A program made the position numbers and the translations under genes. Shown piece by piece: positions 51,397 to 62,047 of a stretch of 64,000 nt of DNA; position 1 is the stretch's first letter; every line of letters begins with the position of its first letter. The notes below the pieces were generated by a model that did no database searches, was not told the DNA's origin, and saw only the letters and a program-made list of their open reading frames with translations. The stretch is from Nitrosopumilus sp. (GTDB lineage Archaea; Thermoproteota; Nitrososphaeria; Nitrososphaerales; Nitrosopumilaceae): the NCBI GenBank assembly GCA_965207075.1, contig CBDBLO010000002.1, forward strand, positions 1,760,001 through 1,824,000, in the 5' to 3' direction.

Positions 51397-51578
51397 CGCC
51401 CGGCGCATTTGGCGGAGCGGTATGCGAAGTGGCGGCAGCCGAGCATAGCTGCGTTCTTACTTGGCGGAAAGACAACTGCGCGACGGCCGCAGACGCGCGC
51501 AGCAGCGGCGCCGGGTTTGCAGGACAGTTTAATTTTTTCTTGCCGGAAAAGTAAATGCGTCAAATAATTAATGTTTTT

Positions 51579-51694
51579 AATTAGCGCATCCTAATTAGCG
51601 CATCCTAATTAGCGCATCCTAATTAGCGCATCCTAATTAGCGCATCCTAATTAGCGCATCCTAATTAGCGCATCCTAATTAGACTAGTCTAATT
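51579..51694. repeat. 7 x 14-bp tandem repeat AATTAGCGCATCCT followed by the 18-bp palindrome AATTAGACTAGTCTAATT
   Basis: Read directly. Confidence 0.95.
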
Positions 51695-51732
51695 TTCAAT
51701 CTGCTTATTATGCGGTACAGTCAAGTATTTCC

Positions 51733-52029
51733 ATGAATGTATGGAACAAATTCTGGAACTGGTACGAGGACAAGATACTGGGAAGCGTGATAATAATCGC
51801 GGTAATACAGTTCATCCAGATTCCCCACATGGTGTGGAACGCAGACATGATGCTTGAGGCCGGATACGTCTCAAGGGTCCACCCCGTGCTCGACTGGCTG
51901 TTGTACGGAGTCGACCTGGTCGAGATAGTCTCAATAATTAACGTCGGGATGATCATGTACAGCCTCATAAAAAAGAAAAGGGGAGTAAAAAAGAGCGCAG
52001 GGCGCCAGCTCCGCGGGACGGCCGGCTAG
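51733..52029 (+). CDS. Small membrane protein
   Basis: Two TM segments; QIPHMVW. Confidence 0.7.
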   Translation: MNVWNKFWNWYEDKILGSVIIIAVIQFIQIPHMVWNADMMLEAGYVSRVHPVLDWLLYGVDLVEIVSIINVGMIMYSLIKKKRGVKKSAGRQLRGTAG

Positions 52030-52059
52030 GACCTGCTCTTACGCCGCGCCGATCCGGGC

Positions 52060-53028
52060 TCAGTTTTGGCCAAGGTCAAGTGGCACCATCATGCTTCCAA
52101 ACGACTCGTTTATTCGGAAGTGGTACTCTTTTGACTCGTCGTACAGGAACTGCGAGCCGCCGTACCCGACGTTGGGGCCGAACAGCATGTTAAACTCCCT
52201 TGCGTCCCCGGGGTTCAGCACTATCTGCCCGCTCGTAAAGTCGGTGCCTGCGTACCTGAACGCAGTGGAACCGTCCCAGACGTCGTAGTTGCACAGGGAC
52301 GGGCTCGTGCAGTCAAGTGACTCTATCTCGTCGCTCGTGTTCTCCGCGAGCATCCGTAGGGAGAGCAGGGCCTGGCCCGACGGGCTTATCTCAAAGCTGT
52401 TCCCCTCGCTTCCCATCCCGAACCAGTAGTAGTTTATCGGGCCCACGGAGAACAGCTCCGCGTTGGTCCTATAGTCGTGCAGCAGGATGGCCTGCTTGAC
52501 TGGTTTTTCGCAGTCGATCCTCTTGTACGCCTTTGTTATCTTGGCGCATTCTGCAAGCTGGGCCTCGAGCTCGGCCAGTATGGAGTCGTTTTCCGTCTCC
52601 GAAGACGCGGGGTCGGCGGTGCCAGTCTCCTCAGCGCTCCCGGATTCCGCGGGGACGGACACGGCAATCAGGCCGGCCCTTACCAGATACTGTATCCCGT
52701 TTAGGAAGTCGTCGTCGGAGATCAGATCGTCGGCCCACCACGCGGCGTTGTTCTTGACCCATTCGGGGACGCCGCCCTCCTGCGCGCCGGCCGCGCCGTC
52801 CGGGCCGCCGTCTGGCGCAGGGTCGACGGGCACGGTTATGGTTCCCGACGATATCAGGTACGCGATTCCTGCAAGAAACTCGGCCTCCGATATCTGCCCC
52901 TCGGCCCACCATGCGGCGTTGTTCTTTATCCACGGCGGGACCTCCGCAAATGCGGGGGCGGCCGACGCGGACACCAGCGATGCAAGGATTGCAGCAAAAA
53001 GGACCAGTATCGTCGTCTTTGTCTTCAT
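52060..53028 (-). CDS. Secreted protein with two thaumarchaeal PxWIKNNAxWW modules
   Basis: Signal peptide plus repeated module. Confidence 0.8.
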   Translation of the reverse strand: MKTKTTILVLFAAILASLVSASAAPAFAEVPPWIKNNAAWWAEGQISEAEFLAGIAYLISSGTITVPVDPAPDGGPDGAAGAQEGGVPEWVKNNAAWWADDLISDDDFLNGIQYLVRAGLIAVSVPAESGSAEETGTADPASSETENDSILAELEAQLAECAKITKAYKRIDCEKPVKQAILLHDYRTNAELFSVGPINYYWFGMGSEGNSFEISPSGQALLSLRMLAENTSDEIESLDCTSPSLCNYDVWDGSTAFRYAGTDFTSGQIVLNPGDAREFNMLFGPNVGYGGSQFLYDESKEYHFRINESFGSMMVPLDLGQN

Positions 53029-53238
53029 TGCATGTAGTAGCGGTTCGAACCATATAAGACATACCGGGAAGTTTTTTATCAGCTACAAGTTTGGCTGCAC
53101 GTACCAAGCGGCGCTGTGCGGCAGATCGCGGCGCTGCGCGAGGACTGACGGACGCCGCCGCGGGCGCGGCGCCGACGGAGGCAGGCCAGGTCGTATCACG
53201 GCGCTGCGCAGAGCCGCGGGCAAGTCGTTTTTTACAAA

Positions 53239-53313
53239 AGCCAATGATGGGATCCGAACCCACGACCTTTCGCTTACAAGGCGAATGCTCTAACCAGACT
53301 GAGCTACATTGGC
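53239..53313 (-). tRNA. tRNA-Thr(UGU)
   Basis: Reverse complement GCCAATGTAGCTCAGTCTGGTTAGAGCA-TTCGC-CTTGTAA-GCGAA-AGGTCGTGGGTTCGGATCCCATCATTGGC folds as a cloverleaf; no encoded CCA. Confidence 0.95.
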
Positions 53314-53599
53314 ACGGCATGCGGCGGCGGCGTTTAAATTTAAAATGTTGCGAATCGCCGCGGGCGTCATCGGTGCAGGAGTGCGCAAAACGCGCCGCCG
53401 GGCGCAGGAGTGCGGACAGCCGGCGGGCGTAGGCACGGATAGCCGGCGCCCCGCCCCCCAATAACCGAGCAAGCTGCGTCCGCATTCTCGGCTGCCACGT
53501 GGTGGCCGCATGCGCGCGACGGCGGCAATCGCGGCAGTGGCGGCGATGGTGCCGACGGCAAAGCACTTGCTTTATAATCATGCAGGAGGCACCTTGCTC

Positions 53600-53857
53600 A
53601 TGCGCTACATCTCACCTGTCAAGGCCAAGATTCTTGCGATGCTCTTCTTTGGAACAGGCACGATGGGAATTGCAATAGGGCTCGGGGTCGCGCCGCCGGC
53701 GGTGACGATGATAATCACGTTCATGGCAGTAGTCAACATCGGCCTGGGCGCGTTTTTCACATACGTGTTTCTGACGCAGGAGGAGAGGTCGCCGGACAAG
53801 CGCAAGCGCAAGAAAAGACGGGAAAACGACAGGGACGAATCAGGTGGCAGAAAATAG
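53600..53857 (+). CDS. Small membrane protein
   Basis: Two TM segments and a basic tail. Confidence 0.7.
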   Translation: MRYISPVKAKILAMLFFGTGTMGIAIGLGVAPPAVTMIITFMAVVNIGLGAFFTYVFLTQEERSPDKRKRKKRRENDRDESGGRK

Positions 53858-53967
53858 GCCGCAGTTAGTCCACTGGACTGCCCAGCAGTCGTGAGGGGTT
53901 TGGGTCACTGGCGCGGGTGCTGCCATGCGCGGCCAAATTTTAAATAACAATTCCCAAAGGGCGTGAC

Positions 53968-54519
53968 ATGCTGGATCTGGTCGCGAAGAAACTCTTCATG
54001 ACAAAGGGCAAGGGGGTGCACGAGGACAGGCTCACGAGCTTTGAGTACGCGCTCAGGGACGCCGGAATTGCCGGGACCAACATTGTTTTGATATCAAGCA
54101 TATTCCCGCCGGGCGCCAAGATGGTGTCAAGGAGGGAGGGGCTCAAGCAGATCAAGCCCGGGCAGATACTGTTTACGATATACTCGAAGAACCAGACAAA
54201 CGAGCCGCACCGCATGTGCGCCGCGTCCGTCGGACTTGCAAGGCCAAAGGACACCGGCCGGTACGGATACCTCTCAGAGTACGACTCGTTTGGGCAAAAC
54301 GAGGAGCAGGCAGGGGACTATGCGGAGGACATAGCGGCCCAGATGCTTGCGTCGTCGCTTGGAATACCCTTTGACGTGGACAAGAACTGGGACGAGAAGA
54401 GGCAGCAGTGGTCAATATCGGGGCAGATATACAACACGCACAACATCACGCAGGCCGCGCGGGGCGACAAGGACGGCAAGTGGACCACGGTGTTTGCAGC
54501 GGCCGTACTGCTGCTGTGA
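53968..54519 (+). CDS. pdaD: Pyruvoyl-dependent arginine decarboxylase
   Basis: SFEYALRDAGI..NIVLISSIFPP, YGYLSE. Confidence 0.9.
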   Translation: MLDLVAKKLFMTKGKGVHEDRLTSFEYALRDAGIAGTNIVLISSIFPPGAKMVSRREGLKQIKPGQILFTIYSKNQTNEPHRMCAASVGLARPKDTGRYGYLSEYDSFGQNEEQAGDYAEDIAAQMLASSLGIPFDVDKNWDEKRQQWSISGQIYNTHNITQAARGDKDGKWTTVFAAAVLLL

Positions 54520-54606
54520 CGCGCCCCCGACCCGCACAATGCGGCGAGGACAGGCGGACGAACAGATAGAACAGGGCGCCGCGGATGGCTGCCGACACAT
54601 CTGAGA

Positions 54607-55866
54607 TTATGATGCAGGCTGCCTGCGCCTTGCCCCGCCATAGCCGCGCAGGTAGAATATGGCGACGGCGGCCGCGATCGCGACCACCGTAATCACGACC
54701 ATCAGCTGCTCGTCGGTCTGAGTACCTGTAATATCCACGCCGTCTATGCCGTCTGCAGCGCCGCCATCGCCGCTACCGCCGACGGCCAGCACAATCTCAA
54801 GGTCCCCCGGTTCAAGCGCAGTCTTCTGCTGCCCAAAGATGTACTTTGCATGTATCAGCTTGCCGCGGTCCGGGTCAAATATCCAGCCGTCCCCCGTCAC
54901 GTCAGTCGGTATCTTCTCCCCGTCCACGACCCGGGTGGGAAGTTCTGCCTGCGCCGAGCCGCGTACGGAGGCTTCCGCGTCTGCAGAGGAGATGGCCACC
55001 TGGACTACCGAGTTGAGCGGGTAGAACCCGGACGAAAAGTATTCGGAGCGCTCTAGCGTCTCAAGTCCCATCATTTCAAGCGGCCTGATGACGTCTGCTG
55101 CCGACGCGTTTACGGGCCTGGCAGACGCCACCTTTAGCTGCAAAAGTGAGCCGGAGTCAGACGGGATTATCGCAAAGAGCATCTTTGAGTTGTCCTGGGA
55201 CGCAAGGGTTCCTGCCGCGTCATAGAATCCGCCGGATTCCCTTATCGTTCCCGGAAGCAGTATTGCGGACATCTTTTGATACATCCAGTCGGTGTCCGCC
55301 ATCGGCATCACGTACACCACCGACACGGTGGCCCTACCCGAGGCAATGCCGGGCAGTCCCGCCGACACGCCGGACCTGTCGCCACCCGAGTGCACGAACA
55401 CAGAATGGTACGAGGCGTCTGTGTCGAGCGCCTCGTTTATTGCCCCGATGTACGCGTCGGCCCTCTCTCGCGAGGAGTCTTGCAGCGATATGATTCCGGC
55501 CGCCTCGGGATCGCGCTCCATGTTTACCAGTATGCACGATTCGTCGTCGCTCACGCCTAGGACGCAGCGCCCCTGGTTTGTCACGACGACGGCCGTAATC
55601 AGAGCGTCGTCCCTCAGCTGCTTCTCAAGGGGCTGCGGGACCCGCATCTCAAGTATGCTGGTGCTCTGCAGCGTGACGGATGCGGAGACGTTGTGCGAGC
55701 CCGTCCTGTCCACGAGCACGGTGGCGCCCTCATGGAACGTTGCAAGTCCCACCTCGACCTGAGAGTACGCGGGGGCAAGGGACGCGTACGGCAGCGCGAC
55801 AAGACAGGCCGCGACGGCTGCCGCCGCGCACATTGCTGCCGCCGCCATCATCATCATGCGCTGCAC
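54607..55866 (-). CDS. Secreted, membrane-anchored hypothetical protein
   Basis: Signal peptide and C-terminal TM segment. Confidence 0.75.
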   Translation of the reverse strand: MQRMMMMAAAAMCAAAAVAACLVALPYASLAPAYSQVEVGLATFHEGATVLVDRTGSHNVSASVTLQSTSILEMRVPQPLEKQLRDDALITAVVVTNQGRCVLGVSDDESCILVNMERDPEAAGIISLQDSSRERADAYIGAINEALDTDASYHSVFVHSGGDRSGVSAGLPGIASGRATVSVVYVMPMADTDWMYQKMSAILLPGTIRESGGFYDAAGTLASQDNSKMLFAIIPSDSGSLLQLKVASARPVNASAADVIRPLEMMGLETLERSEYFSSGFYPLNSVVQVAISSADAEASVRGSAQAELPTRVVDGEKIPTDVTGDGWIFDPDRGKLIHAKYIFGQQKTALEPGDLEIVLAVGGSGDGGAADGIDGVDITGTQTDEQLMVVITVVAIAAAVAIFYLRGYGGARRRQPAS

Positions 55867-56066
55867 GTCCCGTGCAAGAAGTATAAAGTTTAAGGTTTAA
55901 ATCGCACCCCGCCGCACGCACGGCGACATCGAACTCAAACCGTTCGGGGAACAGGCCGGCAGTTCGTGCGTTGGACTGCCGGCCCCTTTATCATTACACA
56001 GACAGCAGCAGCTGCGCCGCCGTCACAGCCACCACAACCATCATCATCATACGGGCATGACCGCAA

Positions 56067-57920
56067 TCAGGCAAGCTTGCCGAGCGCCCGGACCTGCTCG
56101 GATACGTACTCGAATCCCTCCTGCCAGAACGACTCGGACGTAATGTCAAACCCGTGTGACGCCAGCAGATCCTCGGGCTTTTGCGAGCCGCCGGCCGCCA
56201 GTATATCCACATACGAGGGCGCAAAGTCGGCGCCCTCCCTCTTGTACCTCTGAAAGAGCGAGAGGGACAGCAGGTTGCCAAACGAGTACGCATAGCAGTA
56301 GAACGGGGAGTGGTAAAAGTGAGGTATGCAGCTCCACTCGACAGCAAAGTCATCTGACACGTCGACGGACCTGCCAAACTGGTCCCTCAGGTTGCGCAGG
56401 TATGCCTGCGAGAGCGCGTCTATGGTGGCCCCGCCGTCTGCAGATATCATCCTGTGCGCCTCTACCTCAAAGAGCGTAAAGTACGCCTGCCGCATTATGG
56501 TCGCGTACATGTCGTCTATCTTCTCAGACAGGACCCCGAGGCGCTCCCCGTCTGACAGCCCCTTGTCCATGCTGTCATACAGCAAAAGCTCCGAGAACGT
56601 GGACGCGGTCTCCGCAAGCGGCAGGGGCGCGTGCTGCACCAGGATGGAGCGGGAGGCGGCCGCCATGCTGTGCACGGCGTGCCCCATCTCGTGGGCAAGC
56701 GTGAAGACGTCCCGGATGCGCCCGGTATAGTTCAGCAGGATGTACGGGGTGACCCCGGGCGATATCGTGCTGCAGAACGCCCCGTCGCGCTTGCCGCGGC
56801 GCGTGGCAGAGTCCACGTGACGCTCGGATATGACGCTCCTTGCAAACCCCCCGAGGGCGGGGCTAAACGAGCCAAGCGTGTCAAGGACCATGCGCACTGC
56901 CGTGTCGTACGCGTACCTCCTCTCCCCCGCGCCGCCCTTGCGCCGGGCCCCGGCCGCCGCGGCCGGCGCATAGAGGTCGTAGCGCCGCAGCCTCTTCGGC
57001 CTCTCCTTGAGCAGCCGCGACTTTGTCCTGAAGAATTTTTGGAACAGGGGTGCGTTCTTCCTGCACGAGGCAAGAAGCGAGTCGACCGTGCGGTCATCCA
57101 GGTTGTTTCCCACGTTGCGGGCCGATATTGCGGACCTGTATCCCCTCATCTTTACGGTCTCGTCGGCCCAGTTCTGTACTATGTTCTGGTATATCTGCCC
57201 TATGACGCCCTTCTCAGAGTCGTACTTTGAGAGCAGCTCGGCGTACGCGGCCCTGCGGAGCCGCGGGCTCGCGCTGCGCACGTAGTTGGATATCTCCTCG
57301 CGGGCCATGGTGCGCGTCCTCTTGCCCACGCGCATCCTGTACTGGTACGCGTTGGTTATCTTGTCGTACAGGTTTACGAGCGCCGAGGCTCCGGTCACGT
57401 CAAGCGTGTTGATCATCTTCTCCTCCTTCTCGCTTAGCGAGTACTTGGCAAGCCGCCTCTTGTGACGCAGGTAGTCGGCAAGCTCGCCCGAGCCGGACAC
57501 GAGCCTCTCGGCGCTCCTGTCGTCGATGTGGCGCTTCCACCACAAGCTGAAGAACAGGATGCTGTTTGACACCTCGGAGTCGAGCTTTGACATGCGCATC
57601 AGAAGCGAGGTGGCCTCGTCGGACTGCGTGTCGGCGGCATGCAGCAGGGACGCATACCCCTCGGTGCGGCTGCTCAGGTCTACTATGTCCTCAAGCATGC
57701 GGAGGACCCTACCAAAGCTCCGGGCAGGCATTTCAGGCGACAGCGTCTTGCGCTTTTTTCCGAATGCCGCGGCCTTTTTGCGCAAGAGCTCCGCCTGGCG
57801 TGACAGCCGCACGTCGCGGGGCCCCGACGCGAGTTCTGCCAGGCTCCACGGCCCCGTCTTGTGCCGGCCTCCGGCCGGCGGCAAGGATGATTGCAATGAG
57901 CCCAACACGTGGGCGCCCAT
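56067..57920 (-). CDS. pepF: Oligoendopeptidase F (M3 family)
   Basis: GKRDGAFC, TLAHEMGHAVH, LAETASTFSE, PHFY..FYCYAY. Confidence 0.93.
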   Translation of the reverse strand: MGAHVLGSLQSSLPPAGGRHKTGPWSLAELASGPRDVRLSRQAELLRKKAAAFGKKRKTLSPEMPARSFGRVLRMLEDIVDLSSRTEGYASLLHAADTQSDEATSLLMRMSKLDSEVSNSILFFSLWWKRHIDDRSAERLVSGSGELADYLRHKRRLAKYSLSEKEEKMINTLDVTGASALVNLYDKITNAYQYRMRVGKRTRTMAREEISNYVRSASPRLRRAAYAELLSKYDSEKGVIGQIYQNIVQNWADETVKMRGYRSAISARNVGNNLDDRTVDSLLASCRKNAPLFQKFFRTKSRLLKERPKRLRRYDLYAPAAAAGARRKGGAGERRYAYDTAVRMVLDTLGSFSPALGGFARSVISERHVDSATRRGKRDGAFCSTISPGVTPYILLNYTGRIRDVFTLAHEMGHAVHSMAAASRSILVQHAPLPLAETASTFSELLLYDSMDKGLSDGERLGVLSEKIDDMYATIMRQAYFTLFEVEAHRMISADGGATIDALSQAYLRNLRDQFGRSVDVSDDFAVEWSCIPHFYHSPFYCYAYSFGNLLSLSLFQRYKREGADFAPSYVDILAAGGSQKPEDLLASHGFDITSESFWQEGFEYVSEQVRALGKLA

Positions 57921-58045
57921 GCAGCCATTAAAAAACCAAACACAAGGGGGGTGCAGGCGGCATCGCGCCCGCAAGAAGGGAAGGGGAAGGAGCCCAGGCG
58001 AAAAACAGGTGCGAAAAAAGGATGCAAAAAACTGCAAAGAATTGT

Positions 58046-58498
58046 CTAGACGGCTCCGGCAATCGGAACCGGCGGCGCCGCTGTCGGAACCACCTTGAAT
58101 ATAGACACCAGATAGTCGCCCTCAAAGATGTGCGTCGTGTGCCCCGTCTCGAGGTCCACTGACAGTACCCTGAACTGGTACTCGTAGGAACCGTCCTCGT
58201 TAACGTCGACCTGCGCCATGTGCACGGGCTCGCCGTCCTGGTAGAACTGTATGACTACGGGATAGTCCGCCACGTGCTCAGAGGCCTGGCCTGTCACAAA
58301 CCCCCACGGGAGCGCGTTGTCGGAAGGCACGCGGAGTACCACGTCGGTCTTTTGTATGCTGATCTCATCGTTGATCGGCGTGGTTGTCACGCCCTGATGA
58401 TACGGGTGCGCCATGGCGTCGCCCGGGGCCGTCACAGACACGGCGCCGACTGCGGCAATGGAAGCCACAATTGCAAATAGCATAATGCTTCTGCCCAT
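58046..58498 (-). CDS. Secreted hypothetical protein
   Basis: Signal peptide; beta-rich domain. Confidence 0.7.
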   Translation of the reverse strand: MGRSIMLFAIVASIAAVGAVSVTAPGDAMAHPYHQGVTTTPINDEISIQKTDVVLRVPSDNALPWGFVTGQASEHVADYPVVIQFYQDGEPVHMAQVDVNEDGSYEYQFRVLSVDLETGHTTHIFEGDYLVSIFKVVPTAAPPVPIAGAV

Positions 58499-58676
58499 GC
58501 CGGTAGGTTGGAAGCCTCACTTAAATAACTTGTTCAGAATGTCCGGGCGGCCCGCCGCGCATAACACGCGCCGCGTCCGTACCACGGGACGCGCCAAGCA
58601 TGCACGCCGCGTGCAATAACCCGTTCTACAGGTGCGGCGGTGGCAGCAGAACAGTACCGCGCACGCGCGACCGGGG

Positions 58677-58808
58677 TCAGGGAAGCTCGTCTTCAACGTC
58701 AGAGCATGCCTTGTGGACCCACTTGTCCTCGGAGTTCTTTGTTATCTCCTTGCCCACCTTTATGGCGTCATTGCACGCCGGGCACGTACTTGCAAACCTT
58801 GCCTTCAT
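58677..58808 (-). CDS. Small Zn-binding protein
   Basis: MKARF...CPAC..I.VG..I....WVHKAC. Confidence 0.65.
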   Translation of the reverse strand: MKARFASTCPACNDAIKVGKEITKNSEDKWVHKACSDVEDELP

Positions 58809-58887
58809 GACAACGATCCGAACATGCGGCTTTAAAGGATGTCGATATGCCGAATCGGGCATTGCGACGGCACGACGCGGCCGCGGC

Positions 58888-59052
58888 TTACTCTTCGACT
58901 TCCATGCCCCAGGACTTTACCAGTGCCTTTTGGAACTTTTCTGCCTGCTTTTCGTCAAGCGCGAACCCGCAATTCTTGTGCGTGGGTACGACTACCAGGC
59001 CGTCCAGCTTGAACTCGACCTCGAAGAGGTGCACCTTTGAGCATTCGCACAT
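58888..59052 (-). CDS. Small conserved hypothetical protein
   Basis: 54 aa MCECSKVHLFEVEFKLDG..THKNCG; too short for the ORF track. Confidence 0.65.
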   Translation of the reverse strand: MCECSKVHLFEVEFKLDGLVVVPTHKNCGFALDEKQAEKFQKALVKSWGMEVEE

Positions 59053-59238
59053 ATGATCGGGTGTATGGTACTGCTATATTTGCCTATACGAAGACGACAA
59101 GTGTGGACTCGGGCCCATTGAAAATCAGGGAGGCCAAAAAAGGTTTAACTAATCGGTCGAACAAAACAAATTAGCTTGAAGTTTTGCAGTCTGGCCGGTG
59201 CGGCAGTCAGGGGATCGGCTGCCACGACATACGCCGCT

Positions 59239-60756
59239 ATGGCGGCCGCATCAATACTGCTCGTAGTGGCGGCAGGCGCGGGCGGCTTTGCGCCCGAGGC
59301 CCACGCCCAGTTCCAGACGGGCGGCGTGGACAAGGAGGGCACGTGGTATGCAGGCGAGGGCCTCAAGCAGGGAGACTATTTCTCGTATTCTATGTGCTAC
59401 GTGGACTACAAGGAGTGCGCCAAGTTCAGTCTTGAGATGTGGATAGAGGGCGACATTCAGGTCGGCAGCGAGACAAAATGGCTCGCGCAGGTAGTCGTAT
59501 ACGACGGAAACCGCATAACAAAGGGAAACATGGAGCTGGGCAAGATCGCGCCAGAGCCGACGGGCGGTACGGAAGAACTGGGGGTGTACCGCGGCGCGTT
59601 CAAGTCCTCCGTGGTATGGCTGTCCGCATTCGCGACTGCCGACAGCGACCAGGGCGGCAAGGGGCCAAAGGCGTTCAGCGACACCTCGTGGGGCAAGATA
59701 GGCAACATAGGAGGCGAGCAGGTGCTGCCCCTGGCAATAGAGGAGGTGAGGGCCGCGGGAGAGACCTGGGAGACAGTACGCATAGGGTGGAAGACCGGCG
59801 GCGCGTCAAGCAACGTCTGGATAGTCGACGGGTTCCCGTTCCCAATAAAAGCAAAGACGTACACGCACGTGTCGGAGGGAATCCCCCCCACCGAGTACGA
59901 GTTCATACTGCTGGATTACAAGGAGGGCGTGACGGAGAACCCGTTTACGGACGTAATACCGACGTCGGAGCTCATGGCGGCCCAGGGATGCGGGACGGGC
60001 TTTGACAAGGACACCGTGGTCAAGAAATCCACGGTGGGTGCGATGTACCAGATACACGTGGCGTACGGCCCCGAGGATCCAAAGCAGGGGTGCAGCATGG
60101 AGTGGCTGATAAAGTTCATCAGCAAGTACGACGAGACCGAGTTCCTAAACCAGGTGCAGTTTGACGTATGGACGGTAGACGAGAACCTAAAGCCCACAAG
60201 ATCGCTTGCCTCAGAGGAGGGGAGGCAGTTCCTGTACTCGGCGTCGGGGCAGTACCTGATAGAGATTCCCATAGACGAGGGGCCCGGCACGACGAACTAC
60301 GTGATATGGGTGTACGGCAAGTCGCCGGAGAACATAGTCCCGACCGATCCGCCCGACTATGTGGAGATTCCAATTGTAATATATGAGAATTCAATGATTG
60401 GCGTCCAGGATCCCGACGATGAAGGTGCGGGCGGCAGCAGCGGCCAGCCAGAGCCTGGACAGGCGGCGGCGGAGATACCCGGCTGGATAAAGACCAACGC
60501 GGGGTGGTGGGCAGAAGGCCTCATAGACGACGGCTCGTTTGTCCAGGGGATGCAGTACCTGATCAAGCAGGGAATAATAGAGATACCGGCTACGGAGTCA
60601 GGGGGCGGCGACAACGGCGCCGATGCGGCATCTGCGGAGATACCCGGCTGGATAAAGACCAACGCGGGGTGGTGGGCAGAAGGCCTCATAGACGACGGCT
60701 CGTTTGTCCAGGGGATACAGTACCTCATACAGAACGGGATAATGACGGTATCCTGA
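59239..60756 (+). CDS. Secreted protein with two C-terminal PxWIKTNAGWW modules
   Basis: Signal peptide; near-identical duplicated C-terminal module. Confidence 0.8.
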   Translation: MAAASILLVVAAGAGGFAPEAHAQFQTGGVDKEGTWYAGEGLKQGDYFSYSMCYVDYKECAKFSLEMWIEGDIQVGSETKWLAQVVVYDGNRITKGNMELGKIAPEPTGGTEELGVYRGAFKSSVVWLSAFATADSDQGGKGPKAFSDTSWGKIGNIGGEQVLPLAIEEVRAAGETWETVRIGWKTGGASSNVWIVDGFPFPIKAKTYTHVSEGIPPTEYEFILLDYKEGVTENPFTDVIPTSELMAAQGCGTGFDKDTVVKKSTVGAMYQIHVAYGPEDPKQGCSMEWLIKFISKYDETEFLNQVQFDVWTVDENLKPTRSLASEEGRQFLYSASGQYLIEIPIDEGPGTTNYVIWVYGKSPENIVPTDPPDYVEIPIVIYENSMIGVQDPDDEGAGGSSGQPEPGQAAAEIPGWIKTNAGWWAEGLIDDGSFVQGMQYLIKQGIIEIPATESGGGDNGADAASAEIPGWIKTNAGWWAEGLIDDGSFVQGIQYLIQNGIMTVS

Positions 60757-60805
60757 CCGGCGGCCGGATGCGACGACGACAAATAATGCAGGAGGCTGGA
60801 CGGAC

Positions 60806-61153
60806 ATGCTATACCCCAAGAGAAGGATGAGAAAGATGATTGCCGACGGGGAGTACCGCGAGGCCATCGCTCTTGGCAGGCAGCTGGAACCCAAGTACGA
60901 GAGGGATCACGACTTTATGTTCATCATGGGGAGCGCGTACTTTATCGTGGAGGACGCGAAGAATGCCATAACGTACTTTGAGAAGGCCCTGGATCTCAAG
61001 GCCGACGACGCGGAGGCGCTAAAGCTAAAGACGAACGCCCACCTGTCGCTGGGCCAAAAGGAGGAGGCCCTGACGATGATCAGCCGCATCCTAGAGGCAG
61101 ACCCCGACGACGCGGAGGCGCAGGCGCTCCTCGACGAGCTGCAGGGCGTATAG
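60806..61153 (+). CDS. Tetratricopeptide repeat protein
   Basis: AITYFEKALDLKADDAEAL and similar repeats. Confidence 0.85.
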   Translation: MLYPKRRMRKMIADGEYREAIALGRQLEPKYERDHDFMFIMGSAYFIVEDAKNAITYFEKALDLKADDAEALKLKTNAHLSLGQKEEALTMISRILEADPDDAEAQALLDELQGV

Positions 61154-61177
61154 CGGGCTCCGCCGGCGGGCGGCGCC

Positions 61178-61657
61178 CTAGGCCTTGACCATGTACACCT
61201 CGTCAAGCAGCCAGTCGCACAGGGCCGTCACGCGCTCGTCGAACACGGTCCACACGTGCAGCGAGTGGGGCAGGATGTCTATCTTCCACCCCTCCGTATA
61301 CACCCGCACACCCTCCTTGTCCTCGTACATGTACGCGTCCTGTATCTTTACAGAGTCCCCGAATATCTCGCGGGCCCTCGACTTTATCACGTCCCGGTCT
61401 ATCGGAAATCGTTTGCGCTCGTAGTCTATTATCATGCTGAGGTCGCGCTTGCCGTACATGTCGTACTCGTTTATGCGCCCCTCCTTTGGAAAGTTCACCA
61501 CCAGGTTCATGTTGTACTTGCGGCCCACCTTTTTTCCGATCTCCACTATGCGCGCGTATCCCAGCGCGGGGTTGCGCCTCAGCAGCAGCATTATCTGGGC
61601 CAGATCGCGCTTGAGCTGGCCTTGCAGATCGGCGGTAATCTGCGAGAATGCAGCCAT
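61178..61657 (-). CDS. Conserved hypothetical protein
   Basis: Host-like codon usage; start estimated. Confidence 0.7.
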   Translation of the reverse strand: MAAFSQITADLQGQLKRDLAQIMLLLRRNPALGYARIVEIGKKVGRKYNMNLVVNFPKEGRINEYDMYGKRDLSMIIDYERKRFPIDRDVIKSRAREIFGDSVKIQDAYMYEDKEGVRVYTEGWKIDILPHSLHVWTVFDERVTALCDWLLDEVYMVKA

Positions 61658-62047
61658 CACACGGGGCCGGCGGCCTCGGTTGATATACCTACCTAGCGGT
61701 GGCGGGCGCGGTGCGGGTAAGCAGTCGGCGGGCGCGCAACTGGTTTTAATGATCTGCAGAAGAGTGGACCGGACGGCGGAAAGCAAGTGACCGCCCTGCA
61801 ACCGGCTTGCCGAAGGATCAGGGGTTTTCCATCCGCGGCCTCCCTGCCTCCACGCCTGCGCGTTCTATAACACCCACGCATGCACCACATCGAACCCGCC
61901 TGCCGTTATCTCTCCCTTGGCAACAGGCCGTCTGGAATACGCCTGCGCGTACAAGTCAGTTTGGTTCTGGCCGATCAGGCAGCGCCAGAGGGCGATGCTC
62001 GTTGCAGCCTGCAGGTTTGGTCATCGGAGGCTGGCTGTTCAGACACG

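Noticed and set aside
51579-51676. CRISPR or coding repeat
   Set aside because: 14-bp unit, no spacers, and stop codons throughout
53239-53313. tRNA-Thr as the integration site of the island
   Set aside because: It is flanked by host genes, and I saw no duplicated tRNA 3' end or integrase in the window
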